Shown here in pieces: positions 54,399 to 64,000 of a stretch of DNA of 64,000 nt (position 1 is its first letter; each line of letters opens with the position of its first letter). The stretch comes from Methylococcaceae bacterium. Lineage in GTDB: Bacteria > Pseudomonadota > Gammaproteobacteria > Methylococcales > Methylomonadaceae. Position numbers and translations under genes: made by a program. A model generated the notes under the pieces. That model worked only from the letters and a program-made list of their open reading frames with translations. It made no database searches and was not told the origin of the DNA. Where the stretch lies: positions 16,545 to 80,544 of the forward strand of contig JBNLBS010000019.1 in NCBI GenBank assembly GCA_050303415.1. The letters are read 5' to 3'.

Positions 54399-54716
54399 TT
54401 ACATCGGCATGTTCATAATGTCTTGATAAGCGTCGACTAATTTATTTCTGACTTGAACCATGGCCTGAAAAGAAACATTGGCTTTTTGTAAAGACACCAT
54501 TACTTCTGCGACACTGGCATCTGATTCGCCGGTTTCAAATGCATTGACCATCTTTCCCGCTGTTTGTTGGGTTTCATTAACAGCATCTATCGACTGTTTT
54601 AATAACGCGCCAAAATCCGCCCCGCTACCTGACTCGGCCGGCTGCGGTTTACTACCGGCATCAACAGACATTGCCCGCATTTGTGCCAAAACTTGATTTA
54701 CATTTATATCACTCAT
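54399..54716 (-). CDS. fliE: Flagellar hook-basal body protein FliE
   Basis: 105 aa, conserved C-terminal FliE helix (VSLQKANVSFQAMVQVRNKLVDAYQDIMNM). Confidence 0.85.
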   Translation of the reverse strand: MSDINVNQVLAQMRAMSVDAGSKPQPAESGSGADFGALLKQSIDAVNETQQTAGKMVNAFETGESDASVAEVMVSLQKANVSFQAMVQVRNKLVDAYQDIMNMPM

Positions 54717-54778
54717 GAACTGTCTCCTGACGGTTAAAGCATACTAACAGAACGATAAGCATTTTTCACGCCAACTTT

Positions 54779-56137
54779 TCAGCATGGAATAACAACTCCG
54801 GCATCTTTCATTCTGGCAATTTTATAGCGCAAAGTCCTTGGGCTGATACCTAATTTTTCTGCTGTCGATTTACGGCTGCCTTTTTCCTCATTCAAAGTTT
54901 GTAAAATAATTTTTTCCTCTGCTGAACGAATACCGTCACCTAAACTGGAAACTGAATCCTGCTCTTGTTTTTCAAAAACTTGGCTATCATCTGAGATTTT
55001 ATCCGTCAAAACAAAAGGCATATCATCCAAAATCAGGTCGTCGACTGTTATTTCGGATCCTGAAGACAAAATCAGCGCTCTTTGAACAACATTTTCCAAC
55101 TCGCGCACATTTCCCGGCCAGCTATAAGCTCGCATTTTTTCGACCGCATCCGCTGAAAAAACAGGGCGCTTTTGACCATTAGAACAATGCCTCTGCATCA
55201 ATTCCATTGCCAGTGGCAAAATATCATCAACCCGCTCTCGTAGAGCCGGTATACGCATAGGAAAAACATTTAAGCGATAATACAAATCTTCCCTAAACAA
55301 GCCATTATCAACTTGCTGTTTTAATTGCTGATTCGTTGCCGCCAAAATTCTGACATTTAATTTTATTTTTTTCTGGCTACCAATGCGCTCCACTTCTTTT
55401 TCCTGAAGCACACGTAACAGTTTAGCTTGTAATGCTAAATCCATTTCGGCAATCTCATCCAAAAACAAAGTACCCCCCTGAGCTTGTTCAAACTTGCCGG
55501 CCATCGATTGCACGGCACCGGTAAAGGCGCCTTTTTCATAACCAAATAACATGGCTTCCAGCATATTTTCAGGAATAGCTGCACAATTTACCGCGACAAA
55601 AGGTCCTTGATATTTGGAGTTGTGATGAATAAATTGGGCAAAAACTTCTTTACCAACACCGCTTTCACCCTGTAAAAACACCGCCACATCAGTTTTAGCC
55701 ACCTTTGCCGCCAGGGTATACAGTTTTTTCATACTATTATCATGAACCACCCTGTCATTAGCCGCACTTGGTTTAGCGGTCACATAATCATTCACCTTTG
55801 AAACCAGCGCACTGGCCTCAAAAGGCTTAATCAAATAATCGCTGGCGCCTGACTGCATCGCCTTTACCGCTTTGGACACTGTGCCATATGCTGTCATCAA
55901 CACCACCGGCGTTTCGCTGTATTGATTTTTAATGTTATACAATAACTGAAAGCCATCCATCACCGGCATTTGTACATCACTAATGACTATTTTAAATTTG
56001 TCTTTTGCCAGACAGGACATTGCTTCTGTTCCATTATTAGCCGAAATAACCCGATAACCTTCAATTTCCAAGGTATCGCACAATGCTTCGCACAAGGCTA
56101 TATCATCCTCAACAACTAACACATCATACTGATTCAT
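54779..56137 (-). CDS. fleR: Sigma-54-dependent two-component response regulator FleR/FlrC
   Basis: Receiver (LVVEDD..D53 region), AAA+ GESGVGKE, GAFTGA motif, C-terminal Fis HTH. Confidence 0.8.
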   Translation of the reverse strand: MNQYDVLVVEDDIALCEALCDTLEIEGYRVISANNGTEAMSCLAKDKFKIVISDVQMPVMDGFQLLYNIKNQYSETPVVLMTAYGTVSKAVKAMQSGASDYLIKPFEASALVSKVNDYVTAKPSAANDRVVHDNSMKKLYTLAAKVAKTDVAVFLQGESGVGKEVFAQFIHHNSKYQGPFVAVNCAAIPENMLEAMLFGYEKGAFTGAVQSMAGKFEQAQGGTLFLDEIAEMDLALQAKLLRVLQEKEVERIGSQKKIKLNVRILAATNQQLKQQVDNGLFREDLYYRLNVFPMRIPALRERVDDILPLAMELMQRHCSNGQKRPVFSADAVEKMRAYSWPGNVRELENVVQRALILSSGSEITVDDLILDDMPFVLTDKISDDSQVFEKQEQDSVSSLGDGIRSAEEKIILQTLNEEKGSRKSTAEKLGISPRTLRYKIARMKDAGVVIPC

Positions 56138-57371
56138 GAGTCACCTCTTGTTCGATCAGGCTTTTACCGGAAAACCCTCCCGGCAAGAAAGAGAATTTAT
56201 TGTTCTTATTCGGCAGGGATAAGGTAAAAGCCGTCCCCTTTCCGGGTTCCGAATCACAACGAATGATGCCGTTGTGGGCTCGAATAACATTCTCAACTAC
56301 CGCCAGGCCAAGACCGGTACCCTGTGATTTGGTAGTATAAAACGGTTCAAAAATTCGTTCACATTGGGCATTATTAATACCCGGACCATTATCAGAAATA
56401 ACGATGTCAATATTTTGTCCTGTCTGCTTTACCTTCATTTCTATTACTCCGGCTGAATCGGCCAAAGCCTCAACAGCATTGGTCAAAATATTCATTAAAG
56501 CACCCCGCAAGGCATTTTCATTACCTTGAAATTCGTCTTCAGCCAAACAACTTTGTAACCTGAAATTAATTGCTGATCCGACAAGGTCTTCCGCCATGTT
56601 TTCTTTTATCCGTTCAAATAAACCGGTCAAGGAAAAAGCCGTCATGGACAAACGGCCTTCCTTGGCAAACACCAGCATATCACTGACTTGTCTCTCCAAA
56701 TGCTGTAAACGTTCCAGAATTTTTTTCGAATAACGTTGACGTTTACCCTCATTTAATGCGGGATTACTCATTTGAGATGCATAGAGAATAGCGGTGGATA
56801 ACGGAGTTCTTACCTGGTGCGCCATACTGGCTACCATTTCACCCATTGAGGATAAATGCTTCTGCTGATTGACCATATCCTGTAAAGCATGCATTTCAGT
56901 GACATCAGATAATAAAATAACCTGTTCAGAATGCCCGGCCAATTGACTGCTGGTCAAACTGACCCGCTGACCATTTTTTAACTGCCTTTCATGCGGACTG
57001 TTAGATACAGACATCAAGCTGCGTTCAACTACTTGCTCCCAGGGTAAACCGATTAAAGGCTCTGCCAAATACTCCACGGCAATGGCATTACAATCCAACA
57101 CCTGTGAATGCGCATTTAAAATAACCACCGCCGCAGGTAAAGCGGCCATAATTTCCTGCAAACGATTGGCTATTTTCTCTTTCTCAACCAGTGTATTAAT
57201 ACGTTCTGTTCGTGCAGCAGAGAGCTCTTGGTGTAATTTGGCGACCTGTGCTTCCAGGCCTTGATAGGACTGGGTCAGGTTTTGAGATAACTGATTAAAG
57301 ATGCGAAACGCATCGGTCAGTTGTTCGGTCTTATGATTGTGCTGATGATCTAATGTACTCATTTTGCTCAT
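56124..57371 (-). CDS. fleS: Sensor histidine kinase FleS/FlrB (PAS + HisKA + HATPase)
   Basis: H-box MAHQVRTPL, G-boxes GTGLGL, soluble PAS-containing N-terminus; overlaps fleR start. Confidence 0.75.
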   Translation of the reverse strand: MSKMSTLDHQHNHKTEQLTDAFRIFNQLSQNLTQSYQGLEAQVAKLHQELSAARTERINTLVEKEKIANRLQEIMAALPAAVVILNAHSQVLDCNAIAVEYLAEPLIGLPWEQVVERSLMSVSNSPHERQLKNGQRVSLTSSQLAGHSEQVILLSDVTEMHALQDMVNQQKHLSSMGEMVASMAHQVRTPLSTAILYASQMSNPALNEGKRQRYSKKILERLQHLERQVSDMLVFAKEGRLSMTAFSLTGLFERIKENMAEDLVGSAINFRLQSCLAEDEFQGNENALRGALMNILTNAVEALADSAGVIEMKVKQTGQNIDIVISDNGPGINNAQCERIFEPFYTTKSQGTGLGLAVVENVIRAHNGIIRCDSEPGKGTAFTLSLPNKNNKFSFLPGGFSGKSLIEQEVTHESV

Positions 57372-57625
57372 TTCACTTTAAACAGATGTTTTTGTGAAAA
57401 AAGCAATTTTCAGGCCAAGACAATAAAATCAGACTAGGCAAACCTTCTGAATCCTGTATAAGAATGTCTTAAAACCGGAATATTCTTACCTCCATACCGG
57501 CCATTCCCACTCACTCCATATCCCAACGATCAATGTACCAGGAATCACGCAGTGATTTTGCCAGCACCCTTATTTATAAAGAAATTTAACGATAATTCCA
57601 ACCGTCAAAATAATGACATCTCCAA

Positions 57626-59062
57626 TTAACGATTTAAATCCAATTTTCGCATTTTCTCAACCAAGGTAGTACGTCCCATATTTAATCGCTTGGCGGCATG
57701 TGCGACTACACCATTACACTCAGCCAAGGCCTGTTTTATCAGCACACTTTCCATATCATTCAGATATTCTTTTAAATCGATACCCTGTTCCGGTATACCC
57801 GGTATAACGGAAGTAACCGTAACAGGAGCCTCCATTTCTGCCTCTGTCTGATTAATTTCAGGCTCTGGTTCATCCCGGTCAATTTTAAAATCCTCAGGAA
57901 CCACATAATTCTGAAATTTTTCCGGTAAATCTATGCAGTCAACCACGCCTTTGGGATTAATAATTGCCAAGCGTTCCACCAGGTTTGCCAGTTCCCTGAC
58001 ATTACCCGGCCAATTGTGCTGCATTAATAGCGCCAACGCATTATCGGTCAGCCTCACTGAACCACGATTTGCTGCTTCCATTCTGGCAATCAAATCCTTT
58101 ACCAGCAATGGAATATCTTCGGTACGCTCTCTTAAGGCAGGCATTTCAATAGGAAATACATTTAACCGGTAGAACAAATCCTCTCTAAAGCGGTTTGCAT
58201 TGATCTCATCTTCAAGATGCCTATGCGTGGCGGCAATAATGCGTACATCACAGTCAATTGTTTTATTACTGCCCACCCGTTCAAAAGTTCTTTCCTGCAG
58301 CACCCGGAGTAACTTCACCTGCATTGCCATAGGCATATCACCAATTTCATCCAGAAACAGCGTTCCACCCTCTGCCATCTCAAACCGCCCCTGCCGAGAA
58401 GTTAAGGCTCCGGTAAATGCACCTTTTTCATGCCCGAATAATTCACTTTCCAGTAATTCACCTGGAATCGCACCGCAATTAACCGGCACAAAAGGTTTGC
58501 TTCTCCGAGTTGATGAATCATGTAAAGATCTGGCCACAACCTCTTTACCGGTACCGGACTCACCCAGTATCAATACTGTGGCGTCCGACTCGGCAACCTG
58601 CTCGATCAATTGACATACTTGAGAAATCCCCTGGCTCTTACCCTTCAATTTCTGCCGGGCAATTGATGGTTTTGAGAATGCTTGAACAACCGTAGAAGTT
58701 TTTTCAGGTACTGGGATTTTTGCCATAAATGACTGCAAAACAGGATATGTTAAGGGCCATTCCAAAATACTTGATACGGTGTTATTTATCGCACTGGGTA
58801 CTTTTAGCGCTGTTCCCTTATCTATCAGTAAAACCAAAGGGATGTCACCAACCTGAGCCGATATATTTTTAATAATGGCGGCTTGTTTTTCCATCCCACT
58901 GCCGATAAATACAACGGACACGTCAGAAATATCGTTTAATCTGTCTTCATAATTTTCAGAATCACTTTGTTCTACAGAATATTCCATGAACTGGAAAATT
59001 GTTTCAAATTGCGATGACCTGAGTTTGCTATCATCAATTAACAAAATACCTGGCAATGCCAT
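57626..59062 (-). CDS. fleQ: Sigma-54-dependent master flagellar regulator FleQ/FlrA
   Basis: Atypical receiver-like FleQ N-domain, AAA+ sigma-54 activation domain ([14 protein letters not shown]), Fis HTH. Confidence 0.8.
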   Translation of the reverse strand: MALPGILLIDDSKLRSSQFETIFQFMEYSVEQSDSENYEDRLNDISDVSVVFIGSGMEKQAAIIKNISAQVGDIPLVLLIDKGTALKVPSAINNTVSSILEWPLTYPVLQSFMAKIPVPEKTSTVVQAFSKPSIARQKLKGKSQGISQVCQLIEQVAESDATVLILGESGTGKEVVARSLHDSSTRRSKPFVPVNCGAIPGELLESELFGHEKGAFTGALTSRQGRFEMAEGGTLFLDEIGDMPMAMQVKLLRVLQERTFERVGSNKTIDCDVRIIAATHRHLEDEINANRFREDLFYRLNVFPIEMPALRERTEDIPLLVKDLIARMEAANRGSVRLTDNALALLMQHNWPGNVRELANLVERLAIINPKGVVDCIDLPEKFQNYVVPEDFKIDRDEPEPEINQTEAEMEAPVTVTSVIPGIPEQGIDLKEYLNDMESVLIKQALAECNGVVAHAAKRLNMGRTTLVEKMRKLDLNR

Positions 59063-59368
59063 ATTATTTAACTCATCCGATAATTATGAAGTAAAACTAG
59101 ACGCTAAACTTAATTCAACCTTGTAATTAAGTAAAGTGACTGAATCCCAAAAAGAACCTTAACATTTAAATTTGCTTAAATTCCAGCTGGTCATCCTACA
59201 ATTAAACATAAAGTTAAGCATCGATTATAAAGCCTGTCAAAAATTCTTTTATATCAACTTGTTCAGACAGTTTCTTAATTCATTTTAATACCATTCGCCA
59301 GCAACATTATAGCTTAGATACTTGACAAATTTTTCTCATCATAGAAACTAGGGTTGTTTTAATAACTA

Positions 59369-60628
59369 TTGAGTACCCCTTCGTTGAACGATATTCCCCT
59401 TAGTATGCTATTTGGCATACTTGCATTAATGCTAGTACTGTCTGCTTTTTTTTCCGGCTCTGAAACTGCATTAATGTCTCTAAACCGCTATCGCCTGCAA
59501 CACTTAGTCAAGAAAAAGCATGCTGGAGCTATTAGGGCAAACCGCTTATTAAAAAGACCGGATCGCTTGATTGGTCTTATTTTATTAGGTAATAATTTTG
59601 TTAATGTCCTGGCTTCGGCATTAACCACTATCATAGCAATGCGTATTGCCGGAGAATCAGGTATTGCTATCGGCGCCCTGTTATTAACCCTGATCATTCT
59701 TATTTTCTCCGAAGTCACACCTAAAACGCTGGCGGCCATAAAACCAGAAGTGCTTGCTTTTCCTGCGGCCCGGATATATGGGCCGTTACTCAAACTTTTA
59801 TACCCTTTTGTCTGGCTGGTTAACTTATTTACCAATTTATTACTTAGAATTATCGGTATCAACGCCAGCAAACACCAGGAAGACACACTAAGTAAAGAGG
59901 AGTTAAAAACTGTGGTTTCAGAGGCGGGTAATTTAATGCCTACTCGTTATCAAAACATGCTGTTGGGTATTTTAGATCTAGAATCTGCGACGGTGGAAGA
60001 CATAATGACTCCACGCAATGAAATCAAAGGCATTAATCTTGACGACTCGATTGAAGATATTATCGATCAAATTCAGCGCAGCAATTTAACACGTTTACCC
60101 GTTTATAGAAAAAGCATTGATCGCGTTATCGGATTTCTGCACTTAAGGCGCGTGCTGATTCTTATCAATAAGGATAAATTAGATAAACAACATATTGTCA
60201 GTAGCTTAATTAAGCCTTTTTTCATTCCTGAAAATACGCCTTTACACCAACAGATGCAAAATTTTAAAGCTGAAAAGCAACGGATCGGTTTAGTCGTTGA
60301 TGAATATGGCGACGTACAGGGACTGGTCAGCATGGAAGATCTGTTACAGGAAATAGTCGGTGGTTTAACTGTAGAAAAAAACCATATAAGAAAACAGACA
60401 GATGGCAGTTTTCTGGTCGATGGCAGTGTAACTGTTAGAGAGCTTAACCGGGAAACCAATTGGTCCTTACCAACAGAAGGTCCAAAAACCATTAACGGCC
60501 TGATTATTGATGTAATGGAAACCATCCCCGAACCGGGAACCAGCGTCAGACTCTACGGTTATCCTTTGGAAATCATCAAGCGTGATAAAAACACCATTAA
60601 ACTGGTCAGGTTTCACCCGCAGACCTAA
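59369..60628 (+). CDS. CNNM/CorC-HlyC family transporter (DUF21 membrane domain + CBS pair + CorC_HlyC)
   Basis: FFSGSETALMSLNR DUF21 signature, CBS pair, C-terminal transporter-associated domain. Confidence 0.75.
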   Translation: MSTPSLNDIPLSMLFGILALMLVLSAFFSGSETALMSLNRYRLQHLVKKKHAGAIRANRLLKRPDRLIGLILLGNNFVNVLASALTTIIAMRIAGESGIAIGALLLTLIILIFSEVTPKTLAAIKPEVLAFPAARIYGPLLKLLYPFVWLVNLFTNLLLRIIGINASKHQEDTLSKEELKTVVSEAGNLMPTRYQNMLLGILDLESATVEDIMTPRNEIKGINLDDSIEDIIDQIQRSNLTRLPVYRKSIDRVIGFLHLRRVLILINKDKLDKQHIVSSLIKPFFIPENTPLHQQMQNFKAEKQRIGLVVDEYGDVQGLVSMEDLLQEIVGGLTVEKNHIRKQTDGSFLVDGSVTVRELNRETNWSLPTEGPKTINGLIIDVMETIPEPGTSVRLYGYPLEIIKRDKNTIKLVRFHPQT

Positions 60629-60745
60629 GTACAATAATGCCGATAAAGAAATCGGTAATTGTTCGCGAAATTATGTTTTTTTTTAAGCACAAAAAACAAA
60701 CCGGACTATACTTAGTTTCTGTGGACGGGGTGATAAAAACAAATA

Positions 60746-61369
60746 ATGGCTAAATTTACTGTTTTTTTTAAAGATAAGGCAATCCAATCAGATTTGATTG
60801 ATAGTGGTGTTGCGCATATTGGTCGAGATGAAACCAATGATATAACTGTCGATAGTTTGGCAGTAGCGCCTGCGCACGCGGCTGTCATCATTAACGATCA
60901 GGAATGTATTATTAAACAGCTTAACGATGATTATCCATTGATCATCAATGGCGAAGAAACTAAATCCTGTACATTACAGGATAATGACAAAATAACCATT
61001 GGAAAACACTACATAATATTCAATACCGCCGAGTCATTTGTTGATGAGGAAATCCGACAGCCCGAACAGGAAGAAGATAGTTTCCATCTTGAAACGGAAC
61101 ACTCTTTGCCGGAAGGTAATTTGCAAATTATGAATGGCAAACATATCGGTAGAATTTTACCGCTAAAAAAAGTCATGACTAAACTTGGTCATAAAGGCAG
61201 CGGTGTTATTGTTATAGCAAAAAGAAAAGAAGGTTATTTTGTATCTGCGTTGGAGAACAATGCATCCTTGGCTATTAACAAAACGCCGTTAGGCGATACC
61301 ACTGTTAAATTGAACAATAATGATATTATTGTGGTTGACAACGCTACAATGCAGTTTTTTCAGGATTAA
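60746..61369 (+). CDS. Protein with two FHA-like domains
   Basis: HIGRDETNDITVDS...SRAHA-like APAHAAVI...INGEE...DKITIGKH pattern, repeated in C-terminal half. Confidence 0.4.
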   Translation: MAKFTVFFKDKAIQSDLIDSGVAHIGRDETNDITVDSLAVAPAHAAVIINDQECIIKQLNDDYPLIINGEETKSCTLQDNDKITIGKHYIIFNTAESFVDEEIRQPEQEEDSFHLETEHSLPEGNLQIMNGKHIGRILPLKKVMTKLGHKGSGVIVIAKRKEGYFVSALENNASLAINKTPLGDTTVKLNNNDIIVVDNATMQFFQD

Positions 61370-61375
61370 TTCAGC

Positions 61376-61744
61376 ATGACCATTGAAAAAAAAGATCATC
61401 AGCGACATTTTCATCGCATTCTTTATCATGCCAATGCAAAGTTAAGTTCACAACAACAAATCTGGGACTGCGAAATTCTGGACTTGTCTTTAAAAGGCTG
61501 TCTGCTGAAATTTGAAAATACCTGGCATGAAGACCCGGATCAAAACTATACCTTAACTCTTGAGCTATCTGTGGATGCAAAAATACAAATGACACTGTCT
61601 GTATCACATGCCATAGACAATAAAGTCGGATTCAAATGTGAACATATAGATATCGACAGCATCTCACAGTTACGCAGACTGGTCGAATTAAACCTGGGCG
61701 ATAGCGAAATACTTGAAAGAGATTTACTGGCTTTAGCCGAATAA
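61376..61744 (+). CDS. PilZ-domain c-di-GMP receptor
   Basis: RxxxR (QRHFHR) and DxSxxG (DLSLKG) motifs. Confidence 0.7.
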   Translation: MTIEKKDHQRHFHRILYHANAKLSSQQQIWDCEILDLSLKGCLLKFENTWHEDPDQNYTLTLELSVDAKIQMTLSVSHAIDNKVGFKCEHIDIDSISQLRRLVELNLGDSEILERDLLALAE

Positions 61745-62003
61745 CCAGGCAGGAAAAAGACTCTTTAACTGTTGCCGGGCTTTCAAACCGTAGGCACCAC
61801 TGCCACGTGATAGATTTTGGAGCATCCCAGCCAGCCAAAATCGACGTCGCTGACGTAGCAACCATTATTTCCCCGATTCGTCTTGCACCCGGACTCAGCA
61901 AATCTCTATTGAATAAACAAGAAGGTCCCTAGGGCTTCAGATCTTTAAGTTGTTGTAAAATAGCCTTTTCAGTAACAAAGCCTATATCACAGGTATTTTC
62001 TAT

Positions 62004-62100
62004 TTACTCTATTTCCTGACTGCGCAAGTAATCTTCATAATTACCCCTAAAATCGACAATACCGGAGGGTGTCAGCTCCAGCATACGGGTGGCCAGCAAG
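62004..62100 (-). pseudogene. 3'-terminal remnant of an ABC-F (YbiT/Uup-like) ATPase gene (encodes ...[31 protein letters not shown]) with no upstream body
   Basis: In-frame translation of minus strand; resemblance to ABC-F C-termini is from memory; rest of gene absent. Confidence 0.35.
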
Positions 62101-62231
62101 AATCAAGGGGGCCTGATTTTAAATTGTGGTGATTTAAATTAATCAGATTCTTGCGATGCCTTATTACCTAGTAAAAGTGTTGCACTTGGAACTTGAATTC
62201 ACCTAAACTAGGGGAGCTTCATTTTGACCCC

Positions 62232-62741
62232 CTATTTTTCGGGTTCCTTCTTACGTGCTGACCTAGTAGAAATGAAAGCAGATAATAATTCATCATCTGA
62301 AGCTAAACTAATTCTGCTTTTCCTTTCAAGATACTTGCCTTTAGGTCTGGCTTCAATAGAAATAAACCCAGACATTTCTTTGGCTTTTATACTTATTTCT
62401 TTAGATGGATATTTATGTATAGAATCATCATCGGAAAAAGATGGCAAGAGCCCCCAAAATTTATAGATTTGGAAATTATCAGATAGCTTTTCAATAGTTA
62501 TTTGACTAATTAATCCGCAACCATTTGGCAAACGTGCATTGAGCAAAGGCCAATATAATTCTGATATACCTTCAAACACAATCCAAGCACGACGGAGTGG
62601 AGCATCAGCAGCTTCAGAAACTGGAACATCAAGATCTAAAACAAGACACCAAGGTATTAAGTCCCAGCGCAAGGCTAACAATCTAGCGTCAATAGTTAAT
62701 TTTTTTGTTTTCTCTTGATCAAGTTCAGTAATGTTTTTCAA
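62232..62741 (-). CDS. Hypothetical 169-aa protein; candidate immunity protein of the adjacent orphan Rhs toxin tip
   Basis: No recognised motif; position downstream of Rhs-CT (separated by inserted transposase). Confidence 0.35.
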   Translation of the reverse strand: MKNITELDQEKTKKLTIDARLLALRWDLIPWCLVLDLDVPVSEAADAPLRRAWIVFEGISELYWPLLNARLPNGCGLISQITIEKLSDNFQIYKFWGLLPSFSDDDSIHKYPSKEISIKAKEMSGFISIEARPKGKYLERKSRISLASDDELLSAFISTRSARKKEPEK

Positions 62742-62786
62742 TGTATCCTCTACATTATCTTTTCATCGGTGGAGCAGGTTTTGCTA

Positions 62787-63607
62787 GTCCTGATTGAAGG
62801 GGTCAGCCAACTTGATTTTTATAGTTTTCACTTTTTCTATCTCCTCCATGTGATGTAAGCTTTGTTGTTCTTGAAATTAACTGACTGATTTTATGGTGAA
62901 ACTCACTACTACCATAAACTTCGCCTCGTATAGTTGCTTCCGTAATTTGTTGGTCTTGTGATTTGCTACTTGGAGTATTAAATATTTTCTGATAATTCGC
63001 TGTCCGGCTCGCTACACTTTCGCCCAAACTCCTATATAACTCATGTTCCGTAATTAAACTATTTTCTTCGCCTAATGCATTATGTCGATAACTCGACCAT
63101 GGATAATCAGCCATTTTCTTAACCATATTCGCTTTGACAGGATTCATTTCAATATAGCGATAGAGACTAAAAAGGTAATTTTCACTGTCAATTAAACATG
63201 ACTTAAACCGACCTTCCCAGATAGTGCCTGTTCTATTTCGGGTGGCATTAAAATAACGAACATATCGATTAGCCATTGTTTGCATAAACTGACTCAGCTG
63301 TGTTTTTTCAGCAGGCGTGATTAGCAAATGTAAATGATTGGTCATGATGACATAAGCATGTAGAGAACAGCTTGATTTGGCTAGGGCATAGGCTATATCT
63401 TCTTTGATGCGAATCATATCCTCTTCAGATTCAAAGATATCCTGTCTATTATTTCCACGGTGCATAATATGCAACGGTTGATTGGGAACAACAATTCGGG
63501 GTAATCTGGCCATTTATGAACTTTAGTAAACCTTTGTCTCCAAATCAAGTTGGCTGACCCCTTGATTTCTTTGTCTCCAAATCAAGTTGGCTGACCCCTT
63601 GATTTTT
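62787..63607 (-). mobile_element. RAYT/IS200-like unit: Y1 (HUH) transposase gene flanked by inverted REP-like hairpin repeats, one copy on the left and a tandem doublet on the right
   Basis: Left flank GATTGAAGGGGTCAGCCAACTTGATTT (62791-62820). Right flank carries 2 copies of TTTGTCTCCAAATCAAGTTGGCTGACCCCTTGATTT (63534-63607). Each forms an AAATCAAG/CTTGATTT stem. Confidence 0.7.
62803..63513 (-). CDS. IS200/IS605-family Y1 tyrosine transposase (REP-associated tyrosine transposase-like), extended C-terminus
   Basis: HUH motif HLHLLI, catalytic Tyr region (NYLFSLYRYIEMNPVKA), 236 aa; stop codon lies inside the left hairpin repeat. Confidence 0.8.
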   Translation of the reverse strand: MARLPRIVVPNQPLHIMHRGNNRQDIFESEEDMIRIKEDIAYALAKSSCSLHAYVIMTNHLHLLITPAEKTQLSQFMQTMANRYVRYFNATRNRTGTIWEGRFKSCLIDSENYLFSLYRYIEMNPVKANMVKKMADYPWSSYRHNALGEENSLITEHELYRSLGESVASRTANYQKIFNTPSSKSQDQQITEATIRGEVYGSSEFHHKISQLISRTTKLTSHGGDRKSENYKNQVG

Positions 63608-63932
63608 GTTGTTCAATTATGTAACTTCCCGTTGGTAATGGTCCATGATCCTGAACATCAGTATGATCAGGGTTATTTTGGCAATCCTTACATGAGGAAC
63701 TTTGGTTATTTCCTGCTGTGTATTCATTGCTAGAAAAATAGGGGTTCTTAGGATCGTTCGGTGTACAACTCATAAAATGCAGGCTTATTGAATAATAGCA
63801 ATAATATAAGCCTGATGGGTCCACTATTTTCATCGGATTCCCCCCAACATAAGCATAAGTATTAAGACCACCGACTAGGTCGATAGGATCACTGGTAATA
63901 TACCTCCCTTGTTCAGGATCATATGTAGTGGT
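63582..63932 (-). CDS. Orphan Rhs/YD-repeat C-terminal toxin fragment (end of RHS core [41 protein letters not shown] followed by ~70-aa Cys-rich variable tip); no N-terminal body, in-frame stop at 63933-63935
   Basis: Manual minus-strand translation of 63834-63932 extends the listed ORF upstream through the canonical Rhs core terminus and PxxxxDPxGL demarcation; upstream frames lack YD repeats. Confidence 0.6.
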   Translation of the reverse strand, partial: TTTYDPEQGRYITSDPIDLVGGLNTYAYVGGNPMKIVDPSGLYYCYYSISLHFMSCTPNDPKNPYFSSNEYTAGNNQSSSCKDCQNNPDHTDVQDHGPLPTGSYIIEQQKSRGQPT

Positions 63933-64000
63933 TTAATAGCACCGGACACTTTAATGAGAGACAATACACGTCAAACATTAAGGTATCAAAATGGGACAGA

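Noticed and set aside
63582-63833. Stand-alone 83-aa protein starting at the listed Met
   Set aside because: The reading frame continues upstream through a canonical Rhs core terminus, so the Met is internal to an Rhs-CT fragment.

Overview
This window looks like a gammaproteobacterial chromosome segment, probably from a methanotroph (Methylococcales-type); that assignment is inference from gene content. Calls are made by reading the supplied six-frame translations, locating motifs in the raw sequence and using gene synteny; no database search was possible.

Most of the window is conserved housekeeping and motility genes:
- fliM-fliL at the 5' end.
- A FimV/HubP-like LysM/TPR protein next to asd-leuB-leuD-leuC-adk, the Pseudomonas/Vibrio-type synteny.
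- A CBS-domain protein, a GGDEF diguanylate cyclase and a DEAD-box helicase (RhlE-like).
- msrA, a RegB/RegA-like redox two-component pair, mazG, a PfkB kinase, dgkA and gcvH.
- A heavy-metal RND pump (adaptor plus CzcA/CusA) with a trailing alpha/beta hydrolase.
- A methyl-accepting chemotaxis protein and an NAD-malic enzyme.
- A four-gene sucrose synthesis/turnover cluster, sps-spp-fruK-ams, as described for halotolerant Methylomicrobium/Methylotuvimicrobium.
- A polar-flagellum block fliEFGHIJK with its sigma-54 regulators fleQ-fleS-fleR, then a CorC-type transporter, an FHA-like protein and a PilZ protein.

The most unusual locus is the tRNA-adjacent cassette at 32.3-37.5 kb. It contains, in order:
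- a divergent XRE/Cro-like regulator;
- a near-consensus sigma-70 promoter driving a roughly 210-nt terminated transcript (an sRNA or a 28-aa peptide);
- tRNA-Met(CAT), followed 3 nt later by a degenerate tRNA-like element;
- an SPFH/band-7 protein whose N-terminus carries two extra tandem copies of the SPFH N-terminal beta-unit;
- the RNA ligase RtcB;
- an unrecognisable 325-aa Cys/His/Trp-rich protein.
This is a candidate RNA-repair or stress (possibly defence-related) module. It has no RtcA, RtcR, archease or Ro60, which are the usual RtcB partners.

The 3' end of the window is a small accessory patch:
- an ABC-F gene remnant;
- an orphan Rhs C-terminal toxin fragment (conserved [10 protein letters not shown]...DPSGL core end plus a roughly 70-aa Cys-rich tip);
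- a RAYT/IS200-like Y1 transposase flanked by inverted REP-like hairpin repeats, inserted between the toxin fragment and a 169-aa candidate immunity gene.

Several intergenic repeat or hairpin families and palindromic candidate operators are also reported.
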